NCBI GenBank assembly: GCA_023213395.1
Contig: CM041465.1
Coordinates: 232,941,741-233,005,740, forward strand
Length of the DNA stretch: 64,000 nucleotides
Direction: 5' to 3'
Origin: Cycas panzhihuaensis
Taxonomy: Eukaryota > Plantae > Cycadophyta
In this document: positions 13,386 through 27,400 of the stretch, piece after piece
Position numbering within the stretch: the stretch's first letter is position 1
Layout: each line of letters opens with the position of its first letter
Program-made: the position numbers and the translations under genes
The notes under the pieces: model-generated
The model's input: only the letters and a program-made list of their open reading frames with translations
What the model was told of the DNA's origin: nothing
Database searches by the model: none

Positions 13386-13692
13386 TGTTAGAGTGGCATT
13401 ATATCCACTTAACCCAACTAATGTAAATGTGGTACATTATTGTGAGAATATATGTGATGTATTGTAATATTATTATGGGCTGATAGATGTAATATCATTG
13501 TAATATATGAGGCACTTATGGATCTATTTAAAGGGATGTGATGTCCATTGCACTTTATGAATTTGTATTAATGTAATGCATATTCTATGGTGGCCTTTTA
13601 CCGCGATATTTCCCACATCAATTTTGTCGTGTGCTTGTTCATTTTGTGCTTGTTGTGTACATAAACGATCTATTTGTCTGTGATTTCTAACA
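13386..13692 (+). repeat. 3' LTR of Copia-1
   Basis: Terminal inverted ends TGTTAG...CTAACA immediately after RNase H; the partner LTR is not in the window. Confidence 0.7.
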
Positions 13693-13699
13693 TCATTGT

Positions 13700-15300
13700 C
13701 AATCGACTTTCTCTAGACTCTTGTCCAAAAGGTCTATTAGATTCTTGTTTCGCAGAAAATGTATTTCGGTCTTGTCATCTTCATGCTTGAATGTTAAATA
13801 TACATTCATGTGTATCATGGTTATTCATTTTACTTATATGGCAGTATTTGAGTGCCTAGTTGTTTGGGCATTCCTTTTTTGTGTGTTCCTCCATTTTACA
13901 TTTGACGCACCACACTCGTCGACATTCTTTAGGTTGCCACATCAAGTCTTTTATCATTGTCATGAGATCTTCTTGTAACACCTTAATTAAAGTGTTTGAT
14001 TATTCTTTATTATCACCTTCTAGAATTTTCGTTTAGTGCCACACTTCTGCCTTATCTTCTATTTCCAAGCTCATTGTTTGATTGACTACTTCTCAATAAG
14101 ATGCGAGTGGGACGACACAAAGTTTTCTTTTGTATATAGGAAGTAAACCATCTAAGAACAATCTTTTCCTTAAACTGTCGGTAACTTCACTTTTTGTTTT
14201 CTTTATTAAGGTTTTTAATTTGGTGTTGTATCTTCATATAGTTTATTTAACTTCTTGCTTGAAGTTATATATTTGATGTACAACCTTGCTATCATCTCAT
14301 AAAAGTTGAAATTCCTTTTCAAGTGCCATGTGCAAATCATTCCATTGTGTAATGTTATCACCTCTAAATTTTTTATACTAGTCATTTACTATATCTCGCA
14401 ATGCTGTTGGGAAGGATTGGAGCTAGTGATCTTTATTTGTTTGCCCATTTGTAGTCTACATTGTCTTGCGCACATTGCAATGACGTGTTGGATCGTCGTC
14501 TACATTTCTTCTAAAAGTTGGGAAATTTTGCTTGTCGCTCTTGGAAGTTGCCATGGTAGATTGAAATTGAGATTTTGCTCGATTTGATCTTAGAAGTCAT
14601 CGTTGTCTAACTTTGTGTTTATGTTTGTGATCAACGTCTTTGTGATTAGCACGTCGTCGTTTACAAAATTTGCCATATAGAGCCTAACGTTGTTTTCCTC
14701 CTCTAGGGCTTGCTTTTATTTTGTAATTCTTATTGATAATGTCAACAATAATTAACTGCTCAATCCTACTTTCTCTTCTATGTCCTTGAAGACTCAATCG
14801 TGCAAATGCATCTATTATCTCCTTTAACTCTTGATCCTGTCCTTTTTCTTGTTCCCAATTTCTCAAGATTTTTCATGCATGATCTATAATTATCTAATCG
14901 TTCTAATTTAGTGAACAACTAGTTGATCCAACTTTCTGTTGTGTAGCAGTGTGTGCTGTGATTTGTGCAGACCTTTTGAATTGTAGATGATGATCCAAGT
15001 CTTCATCACTCGTTTGTCCAATGATGCGTGGGGATCGTCTCATATGTGGGTTGGGCATTACTTAATACTGACCATGAACAAATATGTTTACTAGAAATTC
15101 TGGTTGTAGTATCACAATGTCATCCATATAAAATCTAACAACACTATATCGTAGCAAGAATACTTCTATCCTTCTAATGACTTTAAGATCTTCTTGTTTT
15201 GCATAGATGTGCACCAAATCATCCAACAAACCAGAGTCTGTGCGCAGGTCCAAGATTGTCACCTATTTTTCTTTGGTCGTTCCTCAATCCCTTTCATTCC
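13700..15300 (-). pseudogene. Degraded Gypsy gag remnant
   Basis: The minus strand at ~13860-13915 reads VWCVKCKMEEHTKKECP (CCHC knuckle). ORF 14684-14866 (ELKEIIDAFARLSL) is gag-like. Confidence 0.55.
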
Positions 15301-15320
15301 TAGATCGACAAGAGACTAGT

Positions 15321-15747
15321 TGTTTTAAATTTTTTATGTTTCATCATTAAGCAATGTATTCATATTTACCACTTTCTACTTAATGTATAATGTGCACTTT
15401 ATGTAATGTTGTATTTACTTGTTCACTTGATCCATGTGAATACTTCTTGCTTCATAGATGAGTGATGTGTCACAATCACATAGATTTGCTTACCTTGATC
15501 TAAGTGAACTCTTCATATATTGTGGATATGTGACGTGTCATAATCCCAAGTACTCTCTCACCCTTTTTAAACAAACCATCTCCCTCTTTGTACTATGATG
15601 AATAGTGTATGCATTGTTATCCTTGGTGAATACTATTGGAGTTAGATCAATTCTACCTCATTTGTGTAGATTTTTCTCTTGTGTGTTGATGATTGTCTCT
15701 CCACCTCATTTGGCTCAAGGTCTTACTTCTCATTTTGGTATAAGAGC
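15321..15747 (+). mobile_element. Orphan LTR followed by a tRNA-Met PBS
   Basis: Its start resembles the Copia LTR at 52154. It ends in CA at 15732, then TGGTATAAGAGC at 15736-15747. Confidence 0.5.
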
Positions 15748-16620
15748 TTTAGGTTGGTAGTTGAGCGAGTTTGTGTTGTGAGAGTTAGCCTAAATTTTCT
15801 TAAGCTTATGATTTTTCAAAGTACATTGTGGCGGGAATTTTTACTTTTTGAGAAAATCTCATTACTATTGTGTAATTAATCTCTCCATTATTGTCTTGAA
15901 GCCAACCTAGTTTTGTAGTTTCTTTTTGCGACTAATCTTCTTTTCATTGAGAGTTTATTGTGGAAAATGTTAAGCATTGGAGAATCGAGTAATTTTTTGT
16001 TGTAGACTATGAAATATCTTGAGGTTTATTAGTACATCTGTGTTCTTTAAATATGAATTTGTGCATTAATGTTCTTGAGAAATTTGAAGAAAGTTCTATG
16101 AGTTTGTTTACTGTTGGAAGAATGGTGGAGTACATGTGAGCTTCTATGGTAATCATGTGGGCAACCATTTGCAAACAAATTGAGACATCATTCTCAAGTG
16201 TAGTCAAAGGTGAAAATTGCACATTTGAAGTGGCCAATATTTTGCAAGACGTGTGTCATGTGATTTTTCATTTTTCGAATCTATGAGGAGGTAACTATCT
16301 AGGGCATTCTCAAATATTTTGAGAGGTGTAACGTCATCTCAGCTAAGACTATTGCCATTTTTTGAATGTAGTTGATCTCCTTCTCATCGAAGATTTGTTC
16401 TACGAAGGGAAATTTCTCCCATTGCATCTGCCTCAGCACCTGAGAGTTGTAGGCTCTTGATAGTGCTAGTAAGAGTTGAAGCTTCTTGACTGACCATCTA
16501 GTTCATTTCTTTGTTGAACCTAATCAATATTTAATAGAGTTCACACATGTAGGACTTCTTTGCAATCTCCAAGGATGTTTGGAGATTGATGTTCTTCCCT
16601 ACTACACCCACCATTTCTTA

Positions 16621-18200
16621 CATGGTATCAATGCAACTCGCAATTGAGCTAAACACCATGGGTGGTTGGTGGAGCAGAGTAGAGGTTAACAAAAAAAGGA
16701 AAAAAGTTCTTAGTTTTATTTGAGATCTGGTGATTGGTTAGTTGTTAGCCCCTTTTCTCTCAACTAGGGGCGATATGGTTAGAAAGGGCTAAAGTCTTTC
16801 TTTGAAGCCCCAACAATACTCTTTTCTAAGAACAAAGATTAATTTTCTAAAGCGATTTTTAATGATCTATTTGTTTTTTGGTTCGAAGTTGTAATTCAAT
16901 GTACTCGCCAAGCACTTTTCTTTTGTTCAAGTGCTAAAATAATGGTTTTTTTAATGTGCTAGAAAAGTCACAACCACCTTAATAAAATGATTTTTTATGG
17001 TGTGTGTGTTGGGGTGGGGGGGGGGGGCTGCTCTTTTTTGGTCCCATGTGTCCTCATTTGACTTGGATATTATCTCTTTAAAGTGTTGGTTATGTTTATT
17101 ATTATGCATTAAGGAAGGAAAAGGGCAAGCACTCATTGTACCTACATTTCTCAAGCTGGAACATTATACTCTCATTGCTTATAAGCAATCATTATTGTAA
17201 TTTTTTGGTTTCACAAGCAAAAATAGTACTTGGTCAAACATTGGGAACGTTAGGTAAGCCTCAATTTACATTTAAAAATGCTTAATTATACTTCAATAAA
17301 TAATCTAAAATCTATTTGTAAGTTTTGTGCATTCCTTAGGGGACCAACTAGGCCTATGGCTAGTTTACAATAATTAAGACTTAAGCACTCATAATTAGTT
17401 TGTTCTTCTAAAGGTGTTATTAGAGTTGTGAACTCTAAGGAAAGTAAGGTACGTCCTTGCAGATCAACCTTTTGCCAAATAATTGGTTGAGTACAACACA
17501 CATTATGGCTACATCAATTGTTAATGCTAACATTGTAAAGCTTCAAGACAATGGAAATTTTGTAACATGGAAGAAATAGGTTAAGAATTTAATGGTTATA
17601 CATGAATTGTAGAAATACACTAGCCAGACTCCACCTACTAATCCAATTGCGTTGCAAGTATTTAAAGTAAAGGATGCCATTGCACTTGCATTTTTACATT
17701 CATCAATGATTGTGATAATGTAGATGAAAATATTGACATTGCTTCAACCACAAAAGAACCGTAGACCACTTTATTCTTACTATATGAGAGGAGAGATGGA
17801 GTACAAGTATTAATGCTCAAAGCAAAATAGTATTGATTTCAATTTTTTAGCACCATAACTTCACATCTCAATGAAGTGAAGACTATTAAAAATCAACTTG
17901 CAACACTCAGTGCATTTGTTTCTAATGTTGAACTTGTTATTGCAACTTTAAGTAGTCTTTTTAAAGACTATGACTGATTTCTTTCCAATCTCTTTTTGAA
18001 AAAATAATTGAAGGTTACTTCTTTCAATGAACTAGAGGGACTTCTATTTCATGAGCAAAACTTGAATTTTTATAGTCCTACAAAATCTATAAGTGCGTTT
18101 TCAACAAAGTACGAGGGCAAGCAATCCTTTGTACCCAAACCATATGTTCAACAAAGATTTGGTAATCTCAACCTTATGGTGAGAGAACCAAGTTAGTGAC
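16621..18200 (+). mobile_element. Truncated Copia 5' end: LTR end/PBS plus degenerate gag
   Basis: CA-TGGTATCAATGC at 16621-16634. From ATG 17505 it reads MATSIVNANIVKLQDNGNFVTWKK*VKNLMVIHEL*, the Copia gag N-terminal pattern. Confidence 0.6.
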
Positions 18201-19213
18201 CTATCATTATTGTGGCAAGATGAGTTACATTGAACGTATTCATTCATTGTGAAGATTGCCTCTTGGTTGCAAAGCATTTGCATACTGCCAATTGCTCACC
18301 ATTCGACCACCTATCATATACTCGTTGTCTGATTGCTTGACATCTGCTAGTTGGCAGTTTATTAGTCGTCACTACAGTAGGAGGTCGCCACTATAGAATA
18401 GCTGCCACTACGAAGATGTCAGGTTGCCACCTGTTCAACTGTCAGAGGCCACTTGCATTTGATCAATTCGATTTATTCTTCGTTGCCTGGTTCATTGATA
18501 GATCTATCTGAAGGAAGAGGGCAAAATTCAGAAAATCGAATGATATATGATAAGTTTATAACATTATGTTATAAACTTTAGTATATCTTAAAGAATATTT
18601 TTAATTTGATAATAGGTTTTTTTTTTTTTTTTTTAAAGTTTACTTTTTTATAAGCTTTTTTAAGATACTAATAGTAATATTCTGATTTGGCTAAAATATC
18701 TTAAGAGGAACCTTAATTCATCTCTTTAGAATATTTTATCAATTGAGTCTTGTACTTCAAGAGGATTTTTAAGTATCTTATCCCCTTTAAAATATATTTT
18801 CTTGGCTTGATTAATGTGTTTTCCTTGTGTGTTACCCACCTTACGGTCACTGAGTAATATGAGACACACACTAGAAGTGGATTAAACACAAGCTCTCATA
18901 ATTTCCTTAATTACAAACTTCATGATGATGTCTTTGAATGTTGTTGGCTATAACTTGCCGGAATCATTGAGACTAGATGGAAGATTTATGTGATATTCGA
19001 GCCTTACGAAGGCTTATGGAAATTGTTGAAGGAGAAGACAAGAAGCCAGAAATAGACCCAATTGATAGCATTATAGAAGCGACATGGTATGACAAGAATC
19101 GTTTTTGCGAAAGAGCCCTTTTTCTTATTTGCGAACAATTGCGCTTTCTCAAGAATGAACAAAACTGCCTTTATATGTTCCAAGTGTTCTTTGCCCTTCA
19201 CCTTCGAAACGAA

Positions 19214-19818
19214 GCTCTGATACCACTTGTAGCGATCTAGTTCTTCTTTTATAGCAGTTTTTCTCAAAAATATAGGTAATAATCCACAAAAGACAATAAC
19301 TAGATGCTATTCAACCAGAAAATGAAAAAGGAACAGTAGTTACAGAATCCACCAAAATAAATAATAATCTTTATTGTTAAATAATACCAAAATAGAGCAA
19401 AATTACAACAAAATACCAATCTTTGCTAAAGAAGTGAGCTTCCCTTTTTGAGGCGAGGAACCCTCCAAACTGCAGCCCCCAAATGGGCGAGCTAATTGCA
19501 GCCCTAGAACCGAAAATGCGTGACCAAAGAACCTCTGACGATGGTTTAGGATGTGGCCTAAACTTCCTATTTATAGCGATCAAAATACTTTAATTAGAAG
19601 TCGGCCAGACTGGGTGATATTCTTCTTAATACTGATCAAATAGAAGTCGGCCAAAACTTCTCCAAAACTGGCAGGCTATCTTTAAACGGTCATAACTTTT
19701 GATATAGATGTCATAATTAACTTTCGTCTAGACCGTTGGAATCGTTGTTCAGAGGCCTTTGATTTGAATGGTAATAAGCTATATATATATTTTTTTAACC
19801 ATATTTTGGAATGCTACA
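19214..19818 (-). mobile_element. 5' LTR (19228-19818) and Met PBS of a truncated minus-strand element related to the chromovirus at 28932
   Basis: TGTAGC...GCTACA ends; GCTCTGATACCA (reverse complement of the PBS) at 19214-19225; shares blocks with LTRs 28932-29510 and 37665-38227. Confidence 0.75.
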
Positions 19819-20049
19819 TTCTTTAGAGCTAGCAAACTAATTTTACTACTATATTTCTGTGTTTTTTGTTATATTTTTGGCTCAATTACTTTTAGTTTGT
19901 GTTAACTTTAGGGAGGAATTTTTTAAACCCTTAGGACTAAAACATATTTTGATATGTTAGTTAACAACAAACCAATGATATAGGACATAACTTGTAATCT
20001 ATTAAGAAGCAACCGTTTAAAGCCTTAATAGACAATGATTGGTCATCAT

Positions 20050-20900
20050 GGGAGGGCCATGCATAATCAACAAGATCGAATCCCCTTTCAATGCCGACTT
20101 GGAATTGTCTTAGTATGTAAGAACATGTTAGGCATTAAGGATCATTAGTATAGGTTATTGACATTTTTTTAGAGGATGTTAATAGGAGAACTTAGTGAAG
20201 GGAAGCAACCCTATTCTTATGACGAGAATGTAAAAGGGGACAAAACACTTTCATGTTTGGACAAGTTTGTGTAAGGAGAGCACAACAAACTAGTGATATT
20301 GTAGGTACTATATGGACATTTTGGAGTAATTTTGGTAAGTCAAAATTAAGAGTTGTGAGAGGATCATGTCTACTTATGACAACAAATGTTGGCCATATGC
20401 TTTCATTAAGTGGAGAAAATATTTGTTAGATAGTAATTTTTAGGGAATAGGACCTGCAATATTTTTTAATATGAGTAAGAATTTTCTAAGAAAAAAAGAT
20501 GTGGGTAAGATACAAACATTTGATTTCAAAATATTGTGAATGTGGTACTAGATGCACTTTCATATAGGGATGATGAGACTGTTATGCATTGTTACTATAG
20601 CCATTTTAAAAGGTGCACATATTGTATAAGTTAAATATACATAGAATGCAAAGATTTTAGGAATCCTTGATTTGGCTATAGAAAGGGTCTATTGGAGCAA
20701 CTTGGGAAGAGCAACATGGGAAATTTCAAACGGGAAAATGACATTCTATGCTACAAAGGAGGAATTCATAGACCATTATCAAGTGTCTTAGGAGCAAGCA
20801 ATGCAGGCATGGCATTTTGCATTGATAGTAGATCATGCGAGATTTTTCAAATAATATGTAAAAATTTTATAATCATTTCATTGGAAAAGCATTTCACATT
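20050..20900 (+). pseudogene. Highly degraded Gypsy RNase H/integrase-linker remnant
   Basis: Only fragmentary motifs remain (IQTFDFKI, VVLDALS, ILCYKG). Confidence 0.35.
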
Positions 20901-23900
20901 TTAGATTTGGAGTTCAAAGCTCTCATCATGGGGATATATGATACATACTTTTTTAGTCATTTTAGCACTTATACTCTCAACACTCGTAACCTATGTTCGA
21001 TTTGCATTGTTGTAATATTATTTCAAATTTAATTCTTGATTTTGTTGCCTTGGGTTTTAGTACTAAAAGAGTGATGCTCTAAGCTAAGTTACTAGAAATG
21101 TGGGTATAAGAGTGAATTGGAATGAGATAGAGAGTGAATATGATTGTTTTTAAATGCCAGGATGGAAGGGTCCAACAAAACTAGGCCTTCCCAAGTGGAA
21201 ACTCTTTATATAGGAAAACAATAGTTATGAATGGAGACAAGTATGAGATAAATTAATATTGCTTTTTATTGTTTCTTTCCTTTTTTAACAATATATCATT
21301 ATAATTTAATTTTATAATGACGTTGGGTGTCAAATACTCCTATGTATATTATAATGTTCTTGGATAAAATTGTTTGTGGCCTATGAAGCTTGGAAATGTT
21401 GTTTGATATGGCAATAAATTCAACTTGTTGCAGGATACAATTGGGATACTTATATTGAGGCATCCAAGTGTCATGTGCATAACACTATTCTCTCATTTTT
21501 CAACAATATTTGTAAAAGATATTTTCTATTAATTTTTCAAGATAAGAATGGTTCTTGGGTTGCATTTCTAATTTATAAAGAAATTAGTTTTTAGGAGAAA
21601 TAAGAAAGTATTTTTGGGAGAATAGTTGTTGCATCCATAAATTAGATGAAGCCAGTATTTTTAGTAGAGAATTAGAAGTTGGTTTTAGAAAAGGAATGTA
21701 ATGCTTTATTCATTTGTGATCATCTTTGGAGAATTTAATATTTGATATGAAATAATGGTCCAAGGCCATTAGGCATTACTATGCCACCTGGGAGGGAACC
21801 CTCGCCTCGAAGTGGGCAATATCACTATCGGAGTTTCACTTGATATTACAATTATATTACTGTTATAATCTGATTATTATTGCAATTCCAATTGTTGTTG
21901 TGCAGATGAGCGATTTAGTGTTATTGTATTGGTTATTATTGCTAAAATATCTAACTATGCATTCTGAGGTATTATTAATTGGGGATTTCTATTGTACCTA
22001 TTATATTTTGAGTATTATCCAATGGGCCTGTTACAATGGTATTAAAGCGAGGTTATTAGAAGGAAGAGATTGGGGAAAAGAAGGAATTTGTGTTTCATAT
22101 GGAGAAAATTAGAACTAGGAAGGTGCATATTAGTTATGAACCTCGAGTGGTTATCAAGACCCGAATAAGTTATCCTTTGCTATCATAATATTATTTGACT
22201 ATTGTTAGATTTGTGGTAGGCGGTGGAGTGTGATAATCTTACTATGGAGAGAGACACTGTTCTTATGTGCATAAGGCCGGCGACAAATGTGAGATCTAAC
22301 CTACCCTTTGAATGGCAACATTGCAACATTACATTATGCATGATCTCCACCGAAGATCAATTATCATGATTTTGTTAAGGGTGTCGGATTGCGAAGGCAA
22401 GAGGAAAAGTTTTATGAAGCTTAAATTGAAGATAATGAGTATAATAATATTCTTTTGTGTCACACTCGGATCAATATGTGCATGTCATGGGTTTGTTACT
22501 TTGTCACATAGGCGCCATCAAAGAAGTTTGACCTAATGCATTCATATTTGCCTCATATCGATCTGTAGCCTAGCAAATTGGAAGGGAATTAGGTGCAAGA
22601 GTGGCCAGAAGGAGTTTGCATATCATCGCCAGCCATGAAGGAGGGTGCTTTGGTGTCATTGGAGGAATTAATAGGAGGTGTAGATAACGATCATGATAGA
22701 TGAAGAATCACGATGCAATGGGTGTGTGCAATGCAGGCCATTTTAAATAGAGAAATATAGTTTCTATAGTTACATAGTTTTATTAGTTTAATTATATCGA
22801 GTTTTGCTTGGAGTCTATTCCCTCCATCCCTTGGGTCGTCAGCGGTCATGTGGTAAATTGATAATACTTGGGGCTAGTAGCTGAAAGAGACTTAATACCC
22901 TGGCTCATTTTTATTTTTATTTATTCTAATTTGCCTTTTCAAAGAGGGTACCCAGACATTTTTTGTTATAACTCCTGCTACAAGTGCTAGATTCCAAATT
23001 CGTTTGAATGACTGGAATCCTAGTTCAATGTCGATCAATTTGAATGGTTACATGGTGCAATTTTGGTCAATCTTTGTTGTAGATTTTAATCCTTGAAGTT
23101 GTAGCTCTTGTTCATATGAAAAAAAAAAAGAGAAACCTAGAGAAAGAAATAGAAAGGTTCTACTTAATGCAAAAGTTTTAGAGCATCCAAGAATTTTCCC
23201 TAGGAGGAAGCATGATGGTTACACAATGTCTTTAATATGTCAACACATATTATGGACTCTCATTATATACAGAACTAGAAATTTACAGATGGTGTGTTTG
23301 GTGATACTTGACAGGAAAAGCTCTTGATTGGCTCATTAATTGGTCTAGCAATAGCATATTCAATAGTACCTTGCAATTGGTTTTGGTTTCAAGTGTCATT
23401 CCAAGTATCTGTTGTTCAATGGAAGCAAGTGTGTGAGAAATGTGAAGAGGCCAAAGAATCAAAGCAAGTAAACGAACAAATGGAAGAAGAGGAGGAGGGG
23501 TTTACTATTGATAAGGAGATCTAGGAATCCCTACAAGAACATGAAGCGTAACCAATTTAGAGGGAACAACATGGCAACACTAAAGACACAAAGCATATGA
23601 AGATGAGCATCTGGTAGAAGAATCTAATGACATGCTAGTTGAGATCGAGGAGGAACACAGGGGCATTAACAAGAAATCAAGAGAGCTTAATGGACATAGA
23701 AGAGTTTGATGAAGAACCTATGCAGGATGCGGAAGAAGCTAGACAACCAAGCGAATTGCTCAAGGTATTCAACATGGTTGTTAATCTTCTTTTGCACATG
23801 CACATTTCATTTGATAGTTTCATCTGTCCTTTCTCATTTGCATGCTCAATAGTTGTAGAGAATCCATGCCCCCCTTATCCCATAGTTGTCCAAACTCTTA

Positions 23901-24434
23901 AACCCCTTAACTCTAGATTTTTTGTAAGACATATTGTAATCTCTTTTTACATTCGTAGTTGACTTCTCTATTTATGTGTTGTTGTATCTCGTAGAGACTT
24001 TTGCCAGCAAGATGTTGTAAACCTTGTATCCGCCCTTCATCATGTTTAAACTCCTAGTACAATGATTGCCCCTTATAAAACCTCATCCTTTCTATCCTAA
24101 TCTTTTACACTCTTATACATCCCTCACTCTTTTTTACCCATTAAATCATTCATATAGTCCTATCCTCGTTTCTAAACCCCTACTAAAATCTTTTTCCCAT
24201 AAAGAGCATCTATCACTAATCCCTCATTTGTTTTTTCCCCCAAAGAACTTTAGTGGCCGATCCAACACTTCACAAATCCCCACCTCAATTTGAGTTAATT
24301 TCCAAACCTCATGTAACTCTCACTATATATCTTTGTTTTCTGCACCTTCAAAACTATTATTGATCACCTCACTAACCCCAACATCTCCCATTCCTTCTTG
24401 CGTTATACAATCACAGTCATATGACCCTTATGTC

Positions 24435-27400
24435 TGTAGTGTTCCTAGAATGAAAGAGGAAGTTGGTTTTTACATGGAGAATTTATTATGGTGAAGTCGG
24501 TCTTTGGTAGAATTAAAAGAAGAACCATTTAATTTATTTTATTATGAAGTTGGTTTTTTGGAGGGAAAATTAAGAAGTTGGGTTTAAAGGCTATAAATAA
24601 AGAGCCTGCCTCATTTGAAAATCATCTTGGAGAATTTCTGTTATGAAGGGATAATGGCCTCGTGCCTAGTGGAGGGTCGCTCTTGCTTCGAAGAGGGTTC
24701 GTCAATGCTGCTGGATATTTTGTATCAGGCGCTATCTTTTTGTTAATATTACTTACTATTGTTCACTTATGCTACTGTTATCTCTGTTGAATCTGTCTAC
24801 TATGAATTTGAAAAGTATTGGAAGATCATTGTTGTATGGCTAGCATCATTGTCTAGATGAACATTATTTTGTGTATATTTTGTTATCTGTTGCTAGACAT
24901 ATTGCTTTTGTCTGCTATCTTTCTGCTTGGCCCGCTACAACTAGTATCAGAGTTGTGTAAATCTAGGGTTTGAAGCAGAAAGTCAGAGCCTTGTTCTTGG
25001 CTACCAAAATCAGAGTTGAGTTGAAATTAAACAAAAAATCAGAACCGCGTGAACAACAAAGCTGAGAAGATCCAACGATCATAGACTATGTTTTGTGGAG
25101 GGTTTAAATAAAAAATCAATAAGTTTAACTTGCGTATCTGTGACCATGGAAATAAGAGGAGTCAATGTGTATATACGTGATCGCAAAATAATTATGATCA
25201 ATCATTATCACTGTAGCCACCAAGAAATGTATAAGACACAAGTGTAAGGGTGCCTCACAGGAGAATTAGATCCATGTGAGGGAGCTTGCATACCCTACCG
25301 AATCTTGGGAAGACTGCATAAATTCGTCGTTGTGCGCCCTTGAAGATCTCAGTTTTTGCCCAGATGAAGAGAATAATAGAAAGAGGTGCCATCAAAATTT
25401 TGAAGCACGACCACCAATTGTGAAGGGCATCGATTAATCAATTGTTGAGCAAGGGATCAAATCAATTGTGTGAATGGTAGAGAATAATCAATCACTGAGT
25501 TGTGTTTCATGTGACCTTCAAAGCACTCAAGGGTTTTCATTACAGATATCCGAATTAATGATCTGTGTAGTCAAGAAGGGTGTCGCACTAGGGCTCTGCA
25601 TGGAATGAAGTCATCGCACTACTATTTTGAGTCGTTACAGAGCGCCTGCTACTGATTTTGTTGCTTGCCATGGAGTTGAAGCAAAAGACATCGAATAAAC
25701 GAACAAAGAAAACACAGAGTATTGAAGAAGTAATAGGATGTGAGCATCGAAGTAACAAAGATAAATCAACAAAGACGAATACTCGAAAGACTAAAAGACC
25801 TACAGACGCAAGCACAGAAACCCCTCAGAAGAAACTTACGCACAGATTGACGAATGAAGAGATCATAGATTTTTGTATATTTATATTTAATTTAACTATA
25901 TTGGTGTTACGGTGGAGTCTGCCTCGGGGGGATAACAACTGGTCCTGTGGGCACCCAATACAACTTAGGGTTAATTCCAAAACGTACTTAATATAATATT
26001 TGGTATTTAATTTAATTTAATTTTAATTTTAATTTTATTTGCAAAATAGGAAACTTGGACATTTTTGTCCATAAAACAAATTACAGGCTTTAGATTGCAA
26101 TGTCGTCTAAGTCATTAGATTTTTGGTTCATAGACAATCAATACGAGCAGTCATATGTGATAGTTTTGACTAGCAGAGAATATAGATTTTTATCATTAAA
26201 GTTACAGTCTTTATTGACAAAGAGGCAATTGAGTGAAATATTTTTAAATCGAGAAAGATGTTTGACTTTTTTGAACCCAATGAAGGCATCGATGCAAGAG
26301 AATGGGTAGAATGGGTCGGAGTTCAAAATCAATTCACAGGGAGTACAAAAATTGACAATTATTGGGTAGACTTGGAATTGTTCTTGGGAGAAATAGCTTT
26401 TGATTGGTACAATAATTGGTCCAATCAATCAATAGGATGCATTGATTGGTTTTGGTTTCGACGTGCATTTATCAAAACATTTGGACAACAACAAAAAGAT
26501 CATCAGATCCATAAGCAAGGTGAGGGTACCAAAGCATCAAGGCTGCTAAACGAAGGGGCTGAAGTAGAAGAAGAAGCAAAAATTTTGCAAGAGCTAAAAC
26601 AAGAACTAGTCCAGAGGGAACAACATGACTGCGTAGAAGACTCGAAGCAAACTCAAGCGACAGAAGAATCTGAAGTCAATATGAAAGAAGAAATTCAAAG
26701 TAAAGTTACACAGGGCCAACACGAAGACAATGAAGAACAACTAGATTTTAAAGAAGAATCTAAACAAATTTCATGCAAGGTACTCATTGATCCTGTATTG
26801 CACATGCACATTTCGTTTGGTAGTTTTATATGTCCCCTCTCTTTCCCTAGTTCTATAGCACTAGAAAAGCCCTCTTCTCCTCAACCCATAGTTAGCCATG
26901 CTCTTAACCCCCTTAACTTTAGTCTTTTTGTAGGTCAAATCCCAATTCCTCTTTGTAACCCTAGTTCATCCCTTTTCTCACATACTCTTTCATCCCCTAT
27001 AGATCATCCTTAACAGGATCCTCTACAACTTCAATCTGTTTGTCACGATTCATCTCTTAGTATTATCCCTTACAAAACCCCATTCGACTTTTCCCAAACC
27101 TCTTCAATTTCATATCAGCAATATTGTTTTTTTTCGTTAAATATTTTCTTTTGTCTAAATACCATTCCTAAAAACCTATTAAAATATTTTTTTCATAAAG
27201 AACATTTGTCACTAATTCCCCATCTATTTTTCTCTCCCAAAAGGTGTTGTGATCCAACAAAACCTGTACAAATTTTCTTCTCCATCCAAAGCATATTCCA
27301 AAATATATCCTTTCTTCCTATACTTTCAAAGCTATGCTTGATCTTAGTTCATAATCCCATCTCTTCTTTTCCTTTTCACAATAAGCAATCATCAATCCAT

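Larger units (their letters stand above)
1..13692 (+). mobile_element. Ty1/Copia LTR retrotransposon (Copia-1), 5' LTR outside the window, interrupted by a Gypsy at 1995-11117
   Basis: Domain order is gag (449-928), zinc knuckle, PR remnant, GAG-pre-integrase (LWHERLGHLN...CEGC), INT, RT (WELHQMDVNSTFLNGDL; LKKSLYGLKQA), RNase H (GYTDADWGGD). The integrase reads RELTV|PYTPQQNG across the Gypsy insertion. Many stops and frameshifts. Confidence 0.93.
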